From: a virus
Lineage: Duplodnaviria; Caudoviricetes
Length of the DNA stretch: 64,000 nt
Strand: one strand, 5' to 3'
Virus record (IMG/VR): IMGVR_UViG_2513237098_000002
Span: 1 to 64,000 of that record
Position numbers and translations under genes: made by a program. The number at the start of each line of letters is the position of its first letter. Position 1 is the first letter of the stretch. This document shows positions 27,401 to 36,520 of the stretch, in pieces. The notes under the pieces are model-generated. The model had not been told where the DNA came from. It did no database searches and saw nothing but the letters and a program-made list of their open reading frames with translations.

Positions 27401-27842
27401 CATCGGCGGCTACAACGGCGTTAAGGCCTACGTGCGCGCGAAATGGGAAGTGACGCAATATCTGCTCGACAAGGGCGGCATCAAAACCCTGCAGCTCTAT
27501 CGTGGCATTCGGTTGCCGCCCGATGTGATTGCGAAACGGTTCAAGCATCTGCCGGCCGGCCGCCAGATCGAGGGCCACACTTTGATGCCGACTTTGGAGG
27601 TGGTGCGCAACGGTGCCGCCTCGACGTCGCTCAATGCCGGTGTCTCTAACGGTTGGGGCAATAGCGACAACCGGATCGTGTTGCGATTGGAAGTGCCGCG
27701 CACCGCAGCGCTGTCGGTGCCGGCCTACGGCATCAACGTCCATAGCGAGCGCGAGGTGGTGGTCGCCGGCACCGCCTGGAAGGGCTGGGATGCCTGGAAA
27801 GACACGGCCCCAGAATTTCATAAGGTACCGTTGGCGGCATAG
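24393..27842 (+). CDS. Polyvalent protein: glycosylase-like (DUF7178-like) module plus C-terminal R-S-E ADP-ribosyltransferase
   Basis: YAALSP..W..N, KVRSFYNNI, VTIDTHA, PRQLQSAVW; then LYRGI, ASTS, SERE. Confidence 0.75.
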   Translation: MSTIERQRAALRRERWMQTSAHSLRLLGRLYTRDFDPSQPRDEHGRWVDAGGSDGGGAAPVIDTAKVEAKTQSNVTAASAKALANGVEPLPGSKGEHPNTIGSRQPTAKGAKLAYGQPDVASMKLDPKRYAHDIALLGNADFYPNFRAKEMAGSTDAATRAAVEHMKDNLKFLYSFADKSTQVWYDGARALVDDRAKLWGFNDASVAGVYAALSPTKDWDQNVHIADMLMKTYKTQQGHRWDDAMEEQAKTLWSDKNQAVVDLVRGKTLGELTSPAEKALWIRTYDETHNSTDYRTVLPNGALGAIVRNKDGSNAKVVWQSLASITNAVKALEANGDTATISAAMGTAHKVRSFYNNILDPHSANGDVTIDTHAVGAALLRSLSNKTVPVLHNFGLAPDKADKPEGWEAAGSSVKTGLSGLYPVYAEAYREAAKELGIQPRQLQSAVWVVKREAFGNLSKKQIAAVEDAWRAYHDDPKVTLEATQATIAELAGLRKHERHDPERHHQAIEGSRRPGDPRELHQSELGRAAARVDGGAGNGIAERIAGLVAVRDARRRAAAEEVAQAERARRWRQLRQKWDESQHPRDPAGTSTGGQFTSSGGGSSSGEAAAAVPVDAEVVNVGGDKWNQEIAKELEREYQAARPELEELAAGAVGESTVTDADEDEEDPPYVPEEWDSLSGDDQEEAAQEYKSKNYDDYLQSESDNWYSEYAPDDARVLVAENYNDGTTTDWVSETLDDLRSDRKADGLPDFPFTDQQMMDALTIDYEAYGGGSTNDPEFSWDDDKLTAPAGYDPAQQTLPGVEPLKPEDYLTPKMRDEIEKALAAEFNKQGDDLAGKMDPPDYLGDSANEFLEESWNSMQDSEKFAWLESNTNILEKYQEAAETADAPQELVVEALPSKFDPLQQNASAEQYQRTQALARYLSAERAVQVLEDRKLPVPSRQALANIDSQLWGAWKSSSTSKNGMLLQVATADELEGRLNAKTATEINRDEMKRYADQYYANIGGYNGVKAYVRAKWEVTQYLLDKGGIKTLQLYRGIRLPPDVIAKRFKHLPAGRQIEGHTLMPTLEVVRNGAASTSLNAGVSNGWGNSDNRIVLRLEVPRTAALSVPAYGINVHSEREVVVAGTAWKGWDAWKDTAPEFHKVPLAA
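25882..26082 (+). CDS. Nested +1-frame small protein (immunity candidate)
   Basis: SD GAGGA; strongly GC3-biased codons while the host frame is A/T3-rich over the same bases. Confidence 0.75.
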   Translation: MNDTTQNDIIKLLKEAGVPVTRENYINLNWGEPLPEWTAELEMELPKELQDWSLFETRDGELQLKK

Positions 27843-27844
27843 CG

Positions 27845-28066
27845 ATGGCCAACAAGCCCGAGCCCTACAAGATCGACATTGTGCTGATGGAGCTGCAGCA
27901 GCATCTGCCGCACTGGCTCGACCCCAAGGAACGCTATCCGGAAAAGTTCGACGCGATCCGCGACAAGCATCGCGAGCGCTGGATTGCTGAGCAGCAAGCC
28001 AGGGGCAAGAAGGCAAAGCGCGCCAAGCGCTTCCGAGACCTCAAGCGAAAATTTCTCGCGCGCTGA
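27845..28066 (+). CDS. Small basic protein after the ART domain (immunity candidate)
   Basis: 73 aa, 2 nt after the toxin-like ORF stop. Confidence 0.65.
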   Translation: MANKPEPYKIDIVLMELQQHLPHWLDPKERYPEKFDAIRDKHRERWIAEQQARGKKAKRAKRFRDLKRKFLAR

Positions 28067-28130
28067 CTGTCTGAAACCTTAGCGGAATTTCTGACGTCCG
28101 GAGTCTCTGGCTCCGGCGGGAGGCGGAGCT

Positions 28131-30368
28131 ATGCCGATTTCACCACCGCACAACGGCGAAAGCCAGAGTGCATTTATGTCGCGCTGCGTCCCCGAGATGA
28201 TCGGCGAGGGCGCCGACAAGCGACCGCAGGAGCAGGCCAACATTTGGCGCGAGAACAAGACGGCCAAGCAGATCGACCCCGAGGACTACGACGATCGGAG
28301 TGAGTTCATGTCCGATTGTCTCGAGGAAATTGGCGATCAAGACCAATGCCAGCTGATGTGGGATGAACGCGCGGCGAAAGGCGTCGTGCACAAGACCCAC
28401 GCCGAGACCGTCAACGGCATGGACTTCGTGCTGTCGGACGAAACGCCGGATCGCATGGACGACATCATTATGTCGGACGGCTGGGATCTCGAACATTTCA
28501 AGAAAAATCCGATCGCGCTGTTCAACCACAAGAGCGATTTCCCGATCGGCAAATGGAAGAACCTGCGCGTCGAGGGCAGGGCGCTTCGCGGTCACCTCGA
28601 GCTGGCGCCGGCAGGCACTTCGCCCAGGATCGACGAGATCAGGCGCCTGGTCGAGGCCGGCATTTTGCGCGCGGTCAGCGTCGGCTTCCGGCCGATACAG
28701 CGCCGGTCGCGCAACGAAAAGGACGAACACGGATTCGGCGGCAGCATCTTCACCAAGAGTGAACTGGTGGAGACCTCGCTGGTCGCCGTGCCGGCCAACC
28801 CCAACGCATTGGCGGTGGCCAAGTCACTGAAGATTTCTCCCGCAACCATCGATCTCGTCTTCGCCGGGCAAGGCAAAGGGGACGGCATCAAGCGGCGCGG
28901 GCTCAACGGCGGGCAAGCCAATCGATCATACGGGAGTGATGGAAAGGGCACGACGATGTCGCTTGCTCAACAGTTTTCTCAACGCATTACCGCTGCGGAG
29001 AGTCGCCTGGTCGATCTCCGCGACAAGCTGACCGAACATTTCGCCAACGTCGACGATGAAAACGTCAGTGACGAGCAGCTCGAGACCGCCAGGGATCTCA
29101 ACGCCAGGATCACCCAGGAAGAGCGTAGCCTCGAACAGCTGCGGATGTCCGAGCGGAATCTGGCCCTGGCCAGCAATGATGGTGGCCGCACCGTCATCCA
29201 CAACAACGTGACGCGCAGCAACGACGACGATCGGTCGCAGCAGCGGCCGTTCAGCATGCCGAAAAAGAAACTGGATCCGCTCGACCTGTTGGTTCGCGCG
29301 GGGACCGTGCAGTTGTTCTCGCACCTGCGCCATGAGCCGCTCGACCAAGTTCGTCGCGCGATCTATGGCGAAGACGAGATGACCAGGGCGGTGATTGACT
29401 GGGCGACCAGGGCCGCCACCGCGCCGGCCAAGACCACGGTCACCGGCTGGGCGGCGGAGCTGGTCGGCCAGATCAACGCCGACTTCATGGAGCTGCTGCA
29501 GGCCAAGGCGATTTATCCGCGGCTTGCAGGGATGGGGCTCGGCCTGACGTTTGGTCGTAATGGCCGGATCATCATTCCGACCCGGAGCCGGACGCCGACC
29601 GTTGCCGGCTCGTTCGTCGGTGAAGGCATGCCGATCCCGGTGCGTCAGGCCGCGTTCACGGCGGCGACCCTGACGCCGAAGAAGATGGCGGTGATCACCA
29701 CCTGGACCCGGGAAATCGACGAGCACTCAGTGCCCGCGATCGAGGGGCTGTTGCGCAACGCCATCCAGGAAGACACCGCGGTGTCGCTCGACAGCGTGCT
29801 GCTCGATACCAACCCGGCGACCACGATCCGGCCGGCGGGCATCCTCAACGGTGTGGCGGCTCTGCCGGCGACCGCTGGCGGCGGCTTCGCTGCGCTGGTT
29901 GGCGACATCAAGCAGGTCTCTGGCGCGTTGCTCACGGCCACGATGGGCAATGTGCGGAAGCCGGCCTGGCTGATGAACCCGCAGCAGGTGATGAGCGCTG
30001 GTCTCACCGCGGCGCCGGGCGTGGGTGCTTTCCCGTTCCAGGCCCAGATCGCGGCCGGCAACCTGCAGGGGTGGCCGATCATCGATTCCGGCACGGTGCC
30101 GCTCGGCACGGTGATCGCGGTCGATGCGGCGGACTTCTGCACGGTCGGCGGGGAAGGGCCGCGGTTCGAGATCTCGGACCAGGCCACGCTGCACCTGGAG
30201 GACACCACGCCGGCCGATATCGGCACGGCTGGTACGCCTCCGGTGGTCGCAGCTCCGGTCAAGTCGATGTGGCAGACGGACTCGCTCGCACTTCGTCTAA
30301 TCCTGCCGATCAACTGGACGCTGCGCCGGAGTGGTGTTGTGGCCTGGGTGCAGGGCGTGACCTGGTAG
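28131..30368 (+). CDS. Fused HK97 prohead protease-major capsid protein
   Basis: IALFNHKSDFPIG, AVSVGFRP, LVETSLVAVPAN; capsid LTPKKMAVI, WLMNP, WQTDSLALR. Confidence 0.92.
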   Translation: MPISPPHNGESQSAFMSRCVPEMIGEGADKRPQEQANIWRENKTAKQIDPEDYDDRSEFMSDCLEEIGDQDQCQLMWDERAAKGVVHKTHAETVNGMDFVLSDETPDRMDDIIMSDGWDLEHFKKNPIALFNHKSDFPIGKWKNLRVEGRALRGHLELAPAGTSPRIDEIRRLVEAGILRAVSVGFRPIQRRSRNEKDEHGFGGSIFTKSELVETSLVAVPANPNALAVAKSLKISPATIDLVFAGQGKGDGIKRRGLNGGQANRSYGSDGKGTTMSLAQQFSQRITAAESRLVDLRDKLTEHFANVDDENVSDEQLETARDLNARITQEERSLEQLRMSERNLALASNDGGRTVIHNNVTRSNDDDRSQQRPFSMPKKKLDPLDLLVRAGTVQLFSHLRHEPLDQVRRAIYGEDEMTRAVIDWATRAATAPAKTTVTGWAAELVGQINADFMELLQAKAIYPRLAGMGLGLTFGRNGRIIIPTRSRTPTVAGSFVGEGMPIPVRQAAFTAATLTPKKMAVITTWTREIDEHSVPAIEGLLRNAIQEDTAVSLDSVLLDTNPATTIRPAGILNGVAALPATAGGGFAALVGDIKQVSGALLTATMGNVRKPAWLMNPQQVMSAGLTAAPGVGAFPFQAQIAAGNLQGWPIIDSGTVPLGTVIAVDAADFCTVGGEGPRFEISDQATLHLEDTTPADIGTAGTPPVVAAPVKSMWQTDSLALRLILPINWTLRRSGVVAWVQGVTW

Positions 30369-30374
30369 ACGACA

Positions 30375-30407
30375 CAAGGGGCCGCAACGTGCGGCCCCTT
30401 TTGTTTT
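30375..30407 (+). terminator. Rho-independent terminator after capsid gene
   Basis: aaggggccgca-acg-tgcggcccctt followed by ttgtttt. Confidence 0.8.
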
Positions 30408-30420
30408 GAGGGGTGTGAAC

Positions 30421-30921
30421 ATGGATCGCATTGAAGAAGCGGCGCGGCAGCAATTGGCCGACGACCGAGAGCTGCGGCGCCTGATGCTGGAAGCTGCCCT
30501 TGCTGCATCGGACGTTCAACCGACTCCGACGCAGCTCGAAAACGACATGGCTGTCGTGATCCGTATCCCTTTGGAAAAAACTTATGACGGCAGCCCGATC
30601 GACCCCAGCTCTCCGGATCCGACCGAGCCGAGTCCGCCTGAGCTTCCACCGCCGACGTTGGCAAGCTTCACCCCAACCACAGCCGTGGCGCCGGCAACAC
30701 TGACGCTGACGGCAACCGGCGCCAATTTCGGGCCGGACTGCAAGATCGTCTTCAACGGTAGTGAGTGTGCGACGACGGTCGTGTCCTCGAGCGAAGCGAC
30801 GTGCTCGGTCACTGGCGATGTTGCCGCCACTTACGATGTGCTGGTGCGTGGCTTGAAGGGCGACAGCACCACTCAGCAATTCACGTTTACGGCCGTGCAA
30901 CCGGAGGAGACCAAACGATGA
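30421..30921 (+). CDS. IPT/TIG (Ig-like) domain protein, possible head decoration
   Basis: PTLASFTP...LTATGANF....IVFNG...TTVVSSSEATC. Confidence 0.75.
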   Translation: MDRIEEAARQQLADDRELRRLMLEAALAASDVQPTPTQLENDMAVVIRIPLEKTYDGSPIDPSSPDPTEPSPPELPPPTLASFTPTTAVAPATLTLTATGANFGPDCKIVFNGSECATTVVSSSEATCSVTGDVAATYDVLVRGLKGDSTTQQFTFTAVQPEETKR

Positions 30922-31223
30922 CCGATCAAGCCAACGAGCAGAGGGAAGCGGCCAAGAAGAAACTCGCCGAAGCGCGCGAGGCCCGCGACAAGGAGAGTGA
31001 GCGCATGGCCAAAGCCAAGCCGACTCCGACCCAGGAGGAGAATGACCTGGCGCGGCTCGGGGTCTACGTCGGCGAGCACGAGGACGATGGAAGCGGCCCT
31101 GATCCACATCAGCCTGGTGCGGCGCGCAAACCCGTGGACCATCAGAAGCGTCAGGTGGAGGCGGACAGATCGGCGCAGCGCAGCCCCTACAGCACCAGGG
31201 CCTCGTCGCCAAGCCACGAATGA
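30918..31223 (+). CDS. Head-module hypothetical protein
   Basis: KPTPTQEENDLARLG motif. Confidence 0.7.
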   Translation: MTDQANEQREAAKKKLAEAREARDKESERMAKAKPTPTQEENDLARLGVYVGEHEDDGSGPDPHQPGAARKPVDHQKRQVEADRSAQRSPYSTRASSPSHE

Positions 31224-32635
31224 CGGTGCGTGGTTGGCTGTCACGGGCAGCTGGTCGCCTGATTGGCAAGGCCGAGGGCGAGTATCGCCGCGGACCCTGG
31301 TATTTGCCGGTGACCGGCGGGTGGTTGCCTGCCGGCGTCGGCGACAGCATCAACTGGTGGCAGAACGGCTACAATGTCGTCGGCCCGTCGACCCAGTCGG
31401 CGATGGTGGAGGCCTGCGTCTCGGCCTATTCGCAAACGGTGGCGATGTGCCCCGGCGATCACTGGCGGCTGAATAGCAAGGGCGGACGGGAGCGGGTGAA
31501 GAATTCGGCGCTCGCCCGCCTCTTGCGCCATCCCAACGAATACCAGTCGATTTCCGACTTCCTGCTGAACGCGACCCGCTCGCTGTATCTCGACGGCAAT
31601 ACCTATGCGCTCGGATTGCGCAACGACCGTTACGAGATCGACGAGCTGCATCTGATGAATTCGACGCTGTCGCACCCGCGATTGGCGGACAATGGCGAGA
31701 TCTTTTATCAGCTCTACGGCAACGACGTGATCAACCAGAAGCTCGGCGAGACCGCGCTGCTGGTGCCGGCGCGCGACGTGCTGCACATCCGGCTGCACAC
31801 CGTCCACCATCGGTTTCCGGTGCCGTTGGTCGGCGAGTCGCCGGTCGTTGCCGCCTATGATGACATCGGTGTCGGCGCCGCCATCGCCAAACAACAGATG
31901 GCGTTTTACCTGAACGAAGCGCGGCCCAGCGCGGTGCTGTCGACCGATCTGAAGCTCGACAAGGACCAGGTGCAGGCGCTGCGCGACCGCTGGAACGACC
32001 AGGCGCGTCAGCTGCATCAGGGCGGCACGCCAATCCTGACCGCAGGTCTGAAGGTGCAGCCGTGGTCGGTCGGCGGCAAGGACGCTGCGACCGCCGAGAT
32101 CCTCAAGCTGTCGAATGAGCACATCGCGCTGGCGTTCCGGATCCCGCTGCAGATCCTCGGCATCGGCGGCACCACCTATTCATCGACCGAGCTTTTGATG
32201 CAGAGCTGGATCGCCTCCGGTCTCGGCTTTGCGCTCAACCACATTGAAGAGGCCTTCGGCGTGCTGTTCGCGCTGAAGGGCCAGCCGGACGAATACATCG
32301 AATTCGATACCGCGGCGCTGCTTCGGTCGGCGCTGAAGGATCGGATCGAGGCGCTCGCGCGCGGCGTACAAGGCGGCATCTATGCACCCAACGAGGCCCG
32401 TCAGAGCGAGGGCCTCGATGCCGTTCCGTTCGGCGATGAACCCCGCGTCCAGCAGCAAGTCGTGCCGCTGTCGGCGGCGGCTGCGATCCCCGCGGCGCCG
32501 TCGCCGAACGCGCCGCCATCGGCTGAACCGGTGCCGCCGCCGCCTCCCGAGAAGGGCAATCGCGATGCAATCCAACGGGAAGTCCGAAACCTATTTAGAG
32601 TCGCCGACCGCGCCGGCCGCCGAATGTCTTCTTGA
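31220..32635 (+). CDS. Portal protein, HK97 family
   Basis: [41 protein letters not shown]. Confidence 0.92.
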   Translation: MTVRGWLSRAAGRLIGKAEGEYRRGPWYLPVTGGWLPAGVGDSINWWQNGYNVVGPSTQSAMVEACVSAYSQTVAMCPGDHWRLNSKGGRERVKNSALARLLRHPNEYQSISDFLLNATRSLYLDGNTYALGLRNDRYEIDELHLMNSTLSHPRLADNGEIFYQLYGNDVINQKLGETALLVPARDVLHIRLHTVHHRFPVPLVGESPVVAAYDDIGVGAAIAKQQMAFYLNEARPSAVLSTDLKLDKDQVQALRDRWNDQARQLHQGGTPILTAGLKVQPWSVGGKDAATAEILKLSNEHIALAFRIPLQILGIGGTTYSSTELLMQSWIASGLGFALNHIEEAFGVLFALKGQPDEYIEFDTAALLRSALKDRIEALARGVQGGIYAPNEARQSEGLDAVPFGDEPRVQQQVVPLSAAAAIPAAPSPNAPPSAEPVPPPPPEKGNRDAIQREVRNLFRVADRAGRRMSS

Positions 32636-34142
32636 TGCATGGCGCGAGGCGCTCGGCGATGCGCTTGATATCGAGCGGCGGCAATGGCAGCGCGAGCGCG
32701 CGCTGATCGAAGCCCAGGCACAGACCGCGATCTCGAAAGCTGAGACTGTCATTGCGGAGCTGCGCGCCGAGTTCACCGCCTTCCGCACCGAGATGGCCGA
32801 ACTGGTCAGGACACGGCTGGCCGAGCTGAAGGACGGCGCCCCTGGCGAGCGCGGGCCGATCGGTCCTGTCGGTGAGAAAGGCGATCCCGGGCCCGCGGGA
32901 ATTCCCGGAGAGCAGGGTTTGCCTGGACCGGCAGGCCCGCCAGGCGCCAGTGGAGAGTCCGGTGAGCCGGGTTTGCCGGGGCCGGTCGGTGAGCCCGGGC
33001 CGGAGGGAAAGCCGGGCCCGGCAGGGCCGCGCGGCGAGCCGGGGGCGGCTGGACCACAGGGCGAGCCAGGAGCGCCAGGCGAAGCCGGCGAGCGCGGCGA
33101 GCGCGGCGAGCAGGGCCCGCAAGGTGAACGCGGAGAACGGGGCGAACGGGGCGAACAAGGAGAGCGAGGCGAACATGGCGAAAAAGGCGAACAAGGCGAA
33201 AGCGGCGCGCAAGGGCCACAAGGCGAGCCGGGCGAGCAAGGCGCTCGCGGCGCTCAAGGTGTCCCCGGTGAAAAGGGCGAGCGCGGTGAAAAGGGCGAAC
33301 CCGGTACGGCGGGCCAGCCGGGGCCGATAGGTCCGCGCGGCGAGCCGGGCGAGCAAGGCGCTCGCGGCGCTCAAGGTGTCCCCGGTGAAAAGGGCGAGCG
33401 CGGCGAAAAGGGCGAACCCGGTACGGCGGGCCAGCCGGGGCCGATAGGTCCGCGCGGCGAGCCGGGCCCCCAAGGCGCGCGCGGCGAAAAGGGTGAACCT
33501 GGTGCGGCGGGCGCGCCGGGGCCGATAGGTCCGCGCGGCGAACCCGGTCCCCAAGGCGAGCGCGGTGACGACGGGCGCGACGGCGCCCCAGGCGAGCGCG
33601 GCGAGAAGGGGGACAGGGGCGAGACCGGTGCATTGCCGATGGTCCGCGCCTGGACCGACGACGACGTCTCCTATGCGGGCGACGTCGTTTTCTGCGATGG
33701 CGCCACCTGGCAAGCCAAGAAAGACACCGCGCAGAAGCCGCCGCACAAGGATTGGATCTGCCTGGCCGCCGCCGGCCAGGATGGCCGCGATGCCGTGATG
33801 CCGACCATCGTCGGCACTTACCGCGATGGCGGGATCTATTGCGCGTTTAACATCGTCGCGTTGAACGGCTCCAGCTTCATCGCCCGCAAAGACAATCCCG
33901 GACCATGCCCCGGCGACGGTTGGCAGCTGATCGCCTCCGCCGGCAAGCCTGGCAAGCCGGGACCGAAGGGCGAGCAGGGCGCACCAGGGCAGCGCGGCGA
34001 GCGCGGCCTGCCTGGTCTGACGGTGGTGGGCTGGAAGGTCGACCCCGAGGACTATTCGGTCACGCTGGTCACGTCGGACGGCGAGATCGAGCCGCTGCGG
34101 TTGCGCCGCCTGTTCGAGCAATTCCACATCGAGACACGCTAA
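32565..34142 (+). CDS. Collagen-like (G-X-Y) virion protein
   Basis: Long G-X-Y run; C-terminal beta domains with DVV..DGATW motif. Confidence 0.85.
   Translation: MQSNGKSETYLESPTAPAAECLLDAWREALGDALDIERRQWQRERALIEAQAQTAISKAETVIAELRAEFTAFRTEMAELVRTRLAELKDGAPGERGPIGPVGEKGDPGPAGIPGEQGLPGPAGPPGASGESGEPGLPGPVGEPGPEGKPGPAGPRGEPGAAGPQGEPGAPGEAGERGERGEQGPQGERGERGERGEQGERGEHGEKGEQGESGAQGPQGEPGEQGARGAQGVPGEKGERGEKGEPGTAGQPGPIGPRGEPGEQGARGAQGVPGEKGERGEKGEPGTAGQPGPIGPRGEPGPQGARGEKGEPGAAGAPGPIGPRGEPGPQGERGDDGRDGAPGERGEKGDRGETGALPMVRAWTDDDVSYAGDVVFCDGATWQAKKDTAQKPPHKDWICLAAAGQDGRDAVMPTIVGTYRDGGIYCAFNIVALNGSSFIARKDNPGPCPGDGWQLIASAGKPGKPGPKGEQGAPGQRGERGLPGLTVVGWKVDPEDYSVTLVTSDGEIEPLRLRRLFEQFHIETR
33222..33467 (+). 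repeat. 117-bp tandem duplication in the collagen gene
   Basis: Unit starts at 33222, 33339, 33456. Confidence 0.85.
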
Positions 34143-34792
34143 TGGCTGACATCACGATCAAGGTGCTGGCGCCGGCCGACAGCTATGATCTGGTGACGCT
34201 CGACGAGATGAAGATCATGCTCGGAATCTCGCCCTCGGCGACGACCGACGATCCCCAACTCGAGACGTGGATCACGCAGTATTCCGACGTGATCGCGACG
34301 ATGTGCAATCGGGTGTTTGCCAAGGAGAAGGTCGAGGAGACCTGGCGCGGCGATCTGCCGCCTTACGACACGCAAAATGGTCGGATCTTTCTCACCCATT
34401 ATCCGGTCGCCGATGCCGACGTCGAATTGGTGAGCGCGAATGGCACCGTGATCGATCCGGTGAGCTATGAGATCGAGAACCGCACTGGCAAATTGCAACT
34501 CTTCAGCTCCTGGTCGGAGCCACTCCGCATCACCTATTCCGGCGGCTACGATTTGCCCGAGGAGACGCCGCCGGCCTTGAAGCAGGCCTTGGCGATCATG
34601 GTCGGCGCGGCGCGCATGCAAGCCGCGCAACAGCTCACCAGCGGCATCCGCTCGATCTCGCACCGGGAAAGCCGCGTGCAATTCTTCGATGTCAACGCCG
34701 CGATGGCGAAGATGGGCGGCAGCGGCCCGATCGGCATGGCCGGCGATACCGTCAACGCGCTGCTCTACAAGTACATGCGGATCTATGTTTAG
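34142..34792 (+). CDS. Head-tail connector (gp6-like)
   Basis: LVTLDEMKIMLGI...ITYSGGY...PPALKQA. Confidence 0.8.
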   Translation: MADITIKVLAPADSYDLVTLDEMKIMLGISPSATTDDPQLETWITQYSDVIATMCNRVFAKEKVEETWRGDLPPYDTQNGRIFLTHYPVADADVELVSANGTVIDPVSYEIENRTGKLQLFSSWSEPLRITYSGGYDLPEETPPALKQALAIMVGAARMQAAQQLTSGIRSISHRESRVQFFDVNAAMAKMGGSGPIGMAGDTVNALLYKYMRIYV

Positions 34793-35177
34793 CGTCGTAC
34801 TCGACGACGTCATCAATCTGGTGACCAAGTTCGACACGCTCGCCAAACAGGTCAGCAATCTGCATCAGGCCGTGCCGCAAGAGCTGACCACCTGGCAGCG
34901 CGAAGACATGCGCCGCAAATATCCGAACATGACGGTCGCCGCGCCCGGCAACCAGACCGCGGCGATCACCCTGATCTGGCCGCGCGCGCGGTTCGAGCGA
35001 CCACAGCAGTCCGGCAAGCAGCCGAACACTGCGCGTGGGCCGAAAACCTATCGGCCCAAGGGCGCCGGTCCTGGCCGGCAGCCGGCTTCGAACCGGCCGA
35101 TCCTGCGCGAGGTGCTGAAGGATCAGCTTGACCAGCGCATGCTCACCTTGACGCAAGAGGCAATGCAATGGCCGTGA
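34785..35177 (+). CDS. Neck/tail completion protein
   Basis: Position; RPILR motif. Confidence 0.6.
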   Translation: MFSVVLDDVINLVTKFDTLAKQVSNLHQAVPQELTTWQREDMRRKYPNMTVAAPGNQTAAITLIWPRARFERPQQSGKQPNTARGPKTYRPKGAGPGRQPASNRPILREVLKDQLDQRMLTLTQEAMQWP

Positions 35178-35527
35178 ACCTCGACGTGCTGCTGCAGGCG
35201 TCGATCTTCGACGTCTGGGCGGTGCCGGTGACGTTCGTGCCGTTCGCCTCGCAGCCGATGGCCGGCAGCTATCAAGGGCGCGGCATCCTCAACACCTACA
35301 GCGCCGATGTGATGGGGATGGACCATCACATCTATTCCGATCAGCGCACCATTCTCGACATCCGCGAGAGCGAGTTCAGCGTGCTGCCGCAGCAGAACGA
35401 TCACGTCATCATTCCGGCGGACTGCAATGGCGTGCCGAAAGGCGAGTACCAGGTCACCGACACCACCAGCGACGGCGGTGGCCAGACCGTGCTCGAATTG
35501 AAGAAGATCGACACCAGGACCGGCTGA
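35168..35527 (+). CDS. Head-tail joining protein
   Basis: Position; VPVTF...GRGI...YQV.D...DGGG. Confidence 0.7.
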   Translation: MAVNLDVLLQASIFDVWAVPVTFVPFASQPMAGSYQGRGILNTYSADVMGMDHHIYSDQRTILDIRESEFSVLPQQNDHVIIPADCNGVPKGEYQVTDTTSDGGGQTVLELKKIDTRTG

Positions 35528-36192
35528 TGGGCATCACCGACACCCAGAGCTATTCCCTGGTGATCCGCGACATTTTCTACGACGTGCTGGCTGCCGATCT
35601 GTTCTTCGCCAACTACCACAAGCGCAAGAACAAGATGCTGCAGGTGCAGAGCGAGCTGATCCCTTATCTCGGCGTCTACATCATCGACGAGACCATGTTG
35701 CCCGACGGTGATCCCAACGCCGGCTGCATTCGGTTCTCACATACATTGCGGATCGGCTTCTCGGTGATCATCGCCCACAACGATCCGGTGGTCGCGGAGC
35801 AGACCATCGACGCCGCGTTCTGGCACATCATGCAGCGACTGTGGCGTGACCAGTACATCATGAACGTGCTGGACACCTACAATCCACATACCGGCATTTC
35901 GAACCCGGACAACACGCGGATCGAGAGTATCACCCGCGGCACCCGCCGCCATGTGTTCGGCACCGCGCAGTTCAACAACGAAACCCCGGTCGCCGAGCTG
36001 CAGTACGACGTCTCGTGTTTCTATCGCACCGACTGGTGGCCGGAGATCACCGACACGCTCGACGAGATCGACGTCAGCACCGGGATCAAGATCGGCGATA
36101 CCCCCGAAGAGATGGCGCAGCGTCAACAGCTGCATGCCAAGTACGTCTTCGCCCCTGCACCTGAAAAGGAAACGGAGAAAGCAGATGACTGA
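35527..36192 (+). CDS. Tail terminator-like protein
   Basis: Position upstream of sheath. Confidence 0.65.
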   Translation: MGITDTQSYSLVIRDIFYDVLAADLFFANYHKRKNKMLQVQSELIPYLGVYIIDETMLPDGDPNAGCIRFSHTLRIGFSVIIAHNDPVVAEQTIDAAFWHIMQRLWRDQYIMNVLDTYNPHTGISNPDNTRIESITRGTRRHVFGTAQFNNETPVAELQYDVSCFYRTDWWPEITDTLDEIDVSTGIKIGDTPEEMAQRQQLHAKYVFAPAPEKETEKADD

Positions 36193-36487
36193 GAAAAACA
36201 TTTCGCTGCGCAAGCAGCGTCAGAATGAGCGCCTCGCCAAGGTGCGGTCGTTCCAACCGAAGGGCGTGCGGGTGCTGCCGGCCAGTGATGAGCTGCGCAA
36301 GGTTTTGAAGCATCCGAACGGCATGGGCTTCCGGCCCGAGGGCTCGAGCGAATGGCCGAACGATCGCTTCACCAAGCGACGGATCGCCGATGGCTCCGTC
36401 ACGCTCGAGGGGAGCGGAGCGAAGAGCGAAGAGAAGCCACCGCCACGACGATACAGCCAACGATCCGAACCCAGCAGCGCCGCCTAA
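36185..36487 (+). CDS. Small Mu-like tail protein
   Basis: WPNDRFTKRRIADGSV motif. Confidence 0.7.
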   Translation: MTEKNISLRKQRQNERLAKVRSFQPKGVRVLPASDELRKVLKHPNGMGFRPEGSSEWPNDRFTKRRIADGSVTLEGSGAKSEEKPPPRRYSQRSEPSSAA

Positions 36488-36501
36488 CCAGCGGCGCTTT
36501 T
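36476..36501 (+). terminator. Hairpin/weak terminator before sheath
   Basis: agcgccgc-7nt-gcggcgct then ttt. Confidence 0.4.
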
Positions 36502-36520
36502 CATTTGAGAGGAGGCGTTC

